From Candidatus Tenderia sp. (GTDB lineage: Bacteria > Pseudomonadota > Gammaproteobacteria > Tenderiales > Tenderiaceae), in assembly GCA_031416075.1 (NCBI GenBank), contig JANOSY010000079.1, forward strand, positions 1 through 15,227: a DNA stretch of 15,227 bases, written 5' to 3'. Position 1 is the first letter of the stretch; each line of letters begins with the position of its first letter. Under the pieces are notes generated by a model, which did not search any database, was not told where the DNA came from, and worked only from the letters and a program-made list of their open reading frames with translations. A program made the translations under genes and the position numbers. Below, one piece after another: positions 8,332-15,227 of the stretch.

Positions 8332-8673
8332 ATGGAACACCGTATACACCGGCGTGAGCCGGTTGATCTGATGGTTAAATTGATTAACAGGGGGAGCGTT
8401 GTTGCTATTGTCAGAGCGATTGACATCAGTTCCGGGGGCATGAGGGTTGAAACGCCGGGGTTAAAGCTCAACTCCGGTGAGGGTGTGGCGGTTGATTTTT
8501 GCTTGTCCGGCTATCCTCGCGGGCCACGTTGCTGTTTGAATGCCATGGTCATACATAGCGGGGTTGAGGCGACCGGCTTGATGATGTCAAGCCAGACCTC
8601 GTTACGTGATGTTTTGTCTGAAAGTAGCATTATGGCTGACAATGCACCACATCAGAACCGGCAGCGGCTGTAG
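8332..8673 (+). CDS. Stand-alone PilZ domain protein (putative c-di-GMP receptor)
   Basis: RxxxR (EHRIHRRE) and DxSxxG (DISSGG) motifs. ATG 8332 follows a GGAGAG Shine-Dalgarno. Confidence 0.85.
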   Translation: MEHRIHRREPVDLMVKLINRGSVVAIVRAIDISSGGMRVETPGLKLNSGEGVAVDFCLSGYPRGPRCCLNAMVIHSGVEATGLMMSSQTSLRDVLSESSIMADNAPHQNRQRL

Positions 8674-8676
8674 CGC

Positions 8677-9222
8677 TCAGTGCAAGTAGAACGGGTGCGG
8701 ATGTGGGTGTCGACGTGGATAAAAAGGCCATGTTTCGTAGTACCACCATAACGGCACGCGGTCGTCGGAGACGATAGTCTCCTGTTCAATGGGCCAGAGG
8801 TGCGCGCCACCGACGGTGATCACTGGAAATGTGTAGTTATACTCACCAATAGGCCGGGTGGTGACGTGGGTTACCTGGCCGACGACGGTGAGTAGTCGGC
8901 CACTGCTGTAGACCATGGGGTCGGCAAAACCGGCAAAGCTGGCGATAAAGCGGCCATGGCTGCTGCTTTTGGCCTGAGGCTCGCCGTTATCCCAGAGCGG
9001 TTGCCCCGCTATCTCAATCCAGGTCTGGGTCGCTTGATTGTCCACCTTAACGATGGTCCCTCCCCAGCGAACCTCTTCCCCTTTAAATTGCGCCGGATCA
9101 GCTTGAACCTCCGCTATTGTTAGCTGGGCAACGGGGTGTTGGCTGAGTGGCAGTGGCGGCTGGGTGGCGCAGCCGGTTAATAGTGCGATGGCGATGATGA
9201 GTATGGCGTGTAGTTTTTTCAT
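8677..9222 (-). CDS. Slp family outer-membrane lipoprotein
   Basis: Lipobox LLTGC, VRWGGTI, GRFIA...GFADP..Y..GR.LTVVG, IGEYNY.FPV, and an aromatic/Pro-rich tail. Confidence 0.9.
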   Translation of the reverse strand: MKKLHAILIIAIALLTGCATQPPLPLSQHPVAQLTIAEVQADPAQFKGEEVRWGGTIVKVDNQATQTWIEIAGQPLWDNGEPQAKSSSHGRFIASFAGFADPMVYSSGRLLTVVGQVTHVTTRPIGEYNYTFPVITVGGAHLWPIEQETIVSDDRVPLWWYYETWPFYPRRHPHPHPFYLH

Positions 9223-9295
9223 GGTCTGCCTTGCCTGAGTCTGCCGGGGGGCTGTACAAGGGCATGGTAACCGGAGATCGCCTTTTTTGCAGTAG

Positions 9296-11380
<2,085 letters not shown>

Positions 11381-11432
11381 GCGTGGCGGTTTTAATGGCG
11401 CGATCATGATGATGGCTTAAAGGCGAATCAGG

Positions 11433-12569
11433 ATGAATGGACTCATACTAACGTTTGTACTGTTAATAGCGGTTTTATTAATTATTGCCTATAAACGACA
11501 CCGCTTGTGCCATACGCCGGATGGTGGCGATCTTGAAGCAGCGCTTGATTCAGAGGTGAATCGGTTTATTAAAAAAGGCCATTCGTATGGTGTGGTGGTG
11601 GGTGTGTATAAGGAGGGCAGGTCATCTGTTAAGGGATATGGCGCGATAGAACAAGCAGGACAGGGGGTGCCCGATGCTTTAACCGTATTTCAAATTGGCT
11701 CACTCAGCAAACTCTTTACCGCATCACTGCTCCAGCGTTTGTGTGATGAGGGGCTCCTCAGTATGGATTCAACGCTGGAGTCGTTGATTGGCGAGACCAT
11801 TCCACTTTCGCCCGCCGCCCAGCAGGTTACCCTTAGGCAGCTGGTGACCCATACTTCCGGGTTTCCACGCGTGCCTAAACCGCTGATGCAAAAAACGATA
11901 GCGGTGACCGGCAAGGCAGGTTTGATGGATAACCCATACAGCCATCTTGCGCCAGAAGATATTTTTGACTACCTGAAAACCACAGTCGATAAACGTGAGC
12001 CAGGGAGGTTTAGATACTCAAATTTTGGTATGGGGTTGTTGGCACACGTATTGGAGATAGTGACAAAGCAGAGTTTTGAAGAGCTGGTCTCCGAAAAAGT
12101 ATTAGCGCCTCTGGATATGAAGAGTACCTCAGTCACTCTGACACCAGCTATGGTGAGGTATTTGGCTCAGGGGTATACCGCCAAAGGTGTGCCTAGTCAG
12201 TTGTGGACCTTTTCTATCCTGGCCGGTGCCGGGGCCTTTAGTTCGAATGTTGACGATATGATGAAATTTGTCAGGGCTAATATTGAACAGGGGAGCCACA
12301 TGTCTGAGACGCTTATAAAAATGCAGGCCCCACAGTTTAAAGGTACAACGGGCATCGGTTGGATGCAGGCGACGTTTGTGGATCGTTTTTTTGGTAACCG
12401 TGGGGTGGTGTGCCATAACGGGATGGTGGGTGGATATACTGCTTATATGGCTATTAATAGCCAGGATAAGTATGGGATTGTTGTGCTCTCTAATAAATCA
12501 GTTGATGTGACGATGCTCGGTATAGAGTTGGTGCGTCAGGTTCGCAGCCAATCGTGGGCGGCATGTTAA
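11433..12569 (+). CDS. Serine hydrolase, beta-lactamase class C / AmpH-like family, with N-terminal membrane anchor
   Basis: FQIGSLSK (SxxK), LVTHTSG, YSN, HNG motifs and a hydrophobic N-terminus. Confidence 0.88.
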   Translation: MNGLILTFVLLIAVLLIIAYKRHRLCHTPDGGDLEAALDSEVNRFIKKGHSYGVVVGVYKEGRSSVKGYGAIEQAGQGVPDALTVFQIGSLSKLFTASLLQRLCDEGLLSMDSTLESLIGETIPLSPAAQQVTLRQLVTHTSGFPRVPKPLMQKTIAVTGKAGLMDNPYSHLAPEDIFDYLKTTVDKREPGRFRYSNFGMGLLAHVLEIVTKQSFEELVSEKVLAPLDMKSTSVTLTPAMVRYLAQGYTAKGVPSQLWTFSILAGAGAFSSNVDDMMKFVRANIEQGSHMSETLIKMQAPQFKGTTGIGWMQATFVDRFFGNRGVVCHNGMVGGYTAYMAINSQDKYGIVVLSNKSVDVTMLGIELVRQVRSQSWAAC

Positions 12570-12594
12570 TACACTCGATGCTACGGGTGACGAG

Positions 12595-13539
12595 TTGATA
12601 CTGAGGTGCATCACGCTGTTGCTGTTGTTCATGATGGTTGGCTGCGCCAGTGTGCCGATGGCCTCCACCACGGTTGATCGCATCTATCGCCATACCGGCA
12701 GTGACTCACTGCTGGCACGTTATGCCCCGATCATCGCCCCGCAACAGACGGCACTGGAGTACAACCGCATTGGTCGTGCCGCTGCACGTTTTGATGATGG
12801 TGGTAGGCAAGAGATTTACATCAACAGCGATCAGCCGGTTTTTTATACGCAGGAGCAGTGGTTCACCGCCGCCAGTGGTCAGCGTTACCTCAATCTGATC
12901 TATCGTTTTCACTTTACTGAGGTGCCACAGCCCCATCTAACAGCGGGCAAAAACGGCGGTCTGTTTGTGGTTATTACGCTTAACGAGCAGGAACAGCCGC
13001 TGCTGATCACCACTGTTCATAGTTGTGGCTGCTATCTGGCGATGGTGCCAACCCGTTATCTGGATCGGGCTACCTACCCTGAGGGGTGGGATTTGAATCA
13101 GCAGTCCGTCTATGGCGAGACCTTGCCGGGACGGCTGGATTACCCAGCGGTGTTTGATGCGGAGCTGCGCCCCTTGATCACCCTGCGTAGTGCTACCCAT
13201 CGGGTGATGGGGGTGGGGCTTGCTACGCTTGATAGCTACCGGGATGAAGGGGTGGAACTGTTACTGCAACCAATGGCCGTGCTGGATCAGTTGCCGTTGG
13301 CAGATGGACACACCTCATTTTTTGATCAATCCGGTTACGTCAAAGGGGCGTTTAAACCGTGGGAGTTGCTGCTGATGAGCTGGTGGAGTCTGGATCTGAA
13401 CGTCGGTCGTGATAAACGGTTGTCTGATCCGGCGGAGAGTGGCGTGGTCTTTTATACCAGCCTCAAGCCGTGGGCGCGGGACGCCTCGAACATGTGGTTT
13501 TTTGCCAATTTTCTCGACTACTGGGGCTGGCGGCTGTAG
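12595..13539 (+). CDS. Hypothetical lipoprotein
   Basis: 314-aa ORF filling the gap between neighbours, with a signal peptide ending MVGC and an HSCGCY motif. Family not identified. Confidence 0.75.
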   Translation: MILRCITLLLLFMMVGCASVPMASTTVDRIYRHTGSDSLLARYAPIIAPQQTALEYNRIGRAAARFDDGGRQEIYINSDQPVFYTQEQWFTAASGQRYLNLIYRFHFTEVPQPHLTAGKNGGLFVVITLNEQEQPLLITTVHSCGCYLAMVPTRYLDRATYPEGWDLNQQSVYGETLPGRLDYPAVFDAELRPLITLRSATHRVMGVGLATLDSYRDEGVELLLQPMAVLDQLPLADGHTSFFDQSGYVKGAFKPWELLLMSWWSLDLNVGRDKRLSDPAESGVVFYTSLKPWARDASNMWFFANFLDYWGWRL

Positions 13540-13542
13540 CCA

Positions 13543-14604
13543 TTAATCACAGGCGATGTAGACCGTCACCTCTTCCCGATCGTGGTAGAGCTGCCGCGCC
13601 TGCAGGGTGTGGCTGATGTTGGCGGCGTTGAGTTTGTCGCTGATCAGTGCCAGACACTGCTGCACCTCGGCATAACGCTTTTTCATCGGCAGTTTGAGAT
13701 TGAAGATGGTGAAGCGGCACCAGCCGTTCACCAGCCAGCGGGCAATCAGGTCAGCAATGCGGATCGGTTGCTCCACCATGTCACAGACCAGCCACTGTAC
13801 CCGGTTTTCCGGCTGATAACGGAAACCGTCCGCCCGTATATGGGTCACCATGCCACTCTCCATTATTGATTCGGCCATCGGGCCGTTGTCGATGGCGATG
13901 ACGTGCAGGCTGCGGCGCACCAGCTGCCAGGTCCAGCCACCGGGGCTAGCCCCTAGATCCACCGCATAACTGCCGGGAACCAGCTGCTGCTCGTGCTGTT
14001 CCGGTGTCATAAAGTGCAAAATCGCCTCTTCGAGTTTGAGGGTTGAACGGCTCGGGGCCTGTTTGGGAAATTTGAGGCGCGGGATACCCATCGGCCAAGG
14101 GGAGCTATTGTGCTGTGGGATATAGCCAATATAGGCGGCGCTGGTGTTCAAAAAACAGATATGGATGGTCAGATTTTGGTCGTTACTGTTGCTCAGCAGC
14201 TGCTCCTCCCGCAGTGCCTTGTTCAGTGGCCGTTCGAGACTGCGGCAGAGGGCCAGCAAGGTTTTACCATCGTTAGTATCCGGGGTCTCCAGTTCAAGCT
14301 GGGTTGCGGCACAGGGTATGGTCTGTAGGGCCTCGATCAGACCGCTGATACGGTCAATCACTGATAATTCTTTGCAGAGTGCCAGCAGTACAAACCACTG
14401 CCGGGCAAAAATCAGCGTTTGCAGTGGCTGCTGTTGCACGATGGTCTCCGCATCCCCCGCGTTATAGGTGCCAAAGATCACATAACCGGCATCGCTTTTG
14501 GCCTTGGCAAACCCGGCAATGCCGAGCGCGGCGGCCTTGTCATGAATCTCGGCGGCACACTCGCCTTCAAAACCGGGACGACAGTGGATGAATAGACCTA
14601 GCAT
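13543..14604 (-). CDS. rlmM: 23S rRNA (cytidine 2498-2'-O)-methyltransferase
   Basis: HCRPGFEGECAAE, LIFARQ, PSRSTLKLEEA, DLGASPGGWT, CDMVEQP, FNLKLPMKKRY, QLYHDREEVT. Start placed at ATG 14604 by resemblance to RlmM N-termini. Confidence 0.96.
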   Translation of the reverse strand: MLGLFIHCRPGFEGECAAEIHDKAAALGIAGFAKAKSDAGYVIFGTYNAGDAETIVQQQPLQTLIFARQWFVLLALCKELSVIDRISGLIEALQTIPCAATQLELETPDTNDGKTLLALCRSLERPLNKALREEQLLSNSNDQNLTIHICFLNTSAAYIGYIPQHNSSPWPMGIPRLKFPKQAPSRSTLKLEEAILHFMTPEQHEQQLVPGSYAVDLGASPGGWTWQLVRRSLHVIAIDNGPMAESIMESGMVTHIRADGFRYQPENRVQWLVCDMVEQPIRIADLIARWLVNGWCRFTIFNLKLPMKKRYAEVQQCLALISDKLNAANISHTLQARQLYHDREEVTVYIACD

Positions 14605-14758
14605 GGAGATGTTCCGATGGCTGTGAATGGGCGTCACTATAAACAGCCATGGGGTGAATAGCCATTGATTTGGAGTGGTTGCAATGGGTGCGGGGGCCGC
14701 TAAGCTCCCTCAGTTGGGGGATGTTGCCATGAATGGAGTGTGTTTTTGTGTACAGTAT

Positions 14759-15011
14759 CATTGCTGTCCCGTTAACATCAGACAAGCTCCCCTCTTTAGC
14801 AAAAAGGGGTTGGGGGAGATTTGAAGGCTGACAGAAAGATCCGTTATATCCCTTAGCTGCAAAGTTTTTAAATCCCCCTCAATCCCCCTTTTTAAAGGGG
14901 GAGGTTGTAATGGCCTGTTTTGAAAGTCATGTCCATTTTTTCAAAAAATTCGTAACTTGCTGATCGTTATCACGAAACAGCATCTTTTCAGAAATTAACG
15001 GGACAGCAGTA
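14759..15011. mobile_element. 253-bp MITE with 17-bp terminal inverted repeats (IS4-family-like ends)
   Basis: CATTGCTGTCCCGTTAA (14759-14775) and TTAACGGGACAGCAGTA (14995-15011) match at 15/17. Flanks GTACAGTAT and ATACAGTCT match at 7/9, consistent with a decayed target-site duplication. No transposase. Confidence 0.75.
14787..14903. repeat. Inverted pair of REP-like palindromes (CCCCCTTT..AAAGGGGG family)
   Basis: CTCCCCTCTTTAGCAAAAAGGGGTTGGGGGAGATTT (14787-14822) and AAATCCCCCTCAATCCCCCTTTTTAAAGGGGGAG (14870-14903) are imperfect reverse complements, each with an internal hairpin. Confidence 0.7.
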
Positions 15012-15040
15012 ATACAGTCTTTATAATCGTCGTTACTTTG

Positions 15041-15068
15041 TATTGGGTGTTGGGTGTTGGGTATTGAG
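15041..15068 (+). repeat. Four tandem heptamers T(A/G)TTG(G/A)G
   Basis: TATTGGG TGTTGGG TGTTGGG TATTGAG. Confidence 0.7.
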
Positions 15069-15227
15069 CATGGGGCGAGGGTCCATCGCTAACCGCCATG
15101 GAGAGCGAGGCGAGGGCGGTTAGTCCCCGATAGGCGACCCCGTCCGCAGACTCGTAGTTGGGAGCGTTAGCGAGCGACGAAGAGGATGCGGCAGCGGGTA
15201 TAGTCGCCGTAGAGTCATTGTGGCAGC

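Noticed and set aside
11433-12569. Calling the serine hydrolase a true AmpC beta-lactamase resistance gene
   Set aside because: It has HNG rather than KTG. The motifs support only the broad family, which includes esterases and peptidases.
14759-15227. CRISPR array or integron attC array at the right end
   Set aside because: No regularly spaced direct repeats with unique spacers, and no cas or integrase gene in the window.

Overview
A gammaproteobacterial-looking chromosomal window. It is mostly housekeeping genes (accA-tilS, a bifunctional putA, tRNA-Ser(GGA), ligA, rlmM) with a few accessory genes (PilZ protein, Slp lipoprotein, serine hydrolase, unknown lipoprotein). The left end (1-~2200) is a defence-like islet. 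It holds a Dcm/M.EcoRII-type C5 methyltransferase with an N-terminal HTH and an altered motif X (GNSV replaced by SQAA), followed 3 bp later by an HNH endonuclease gene that the ORF track misses because it runs off the window. The methyltransferase promoter has an M.SsoII-like operator over its -10 box. The right end (14750-15227) holds a 253-bp MITE with IS4-like terminal repeats and a nested REP-like pair, then heptamer repeats and a highly structured non-coding stretch. All calls come from reading the sequence by eye; no searches were run.
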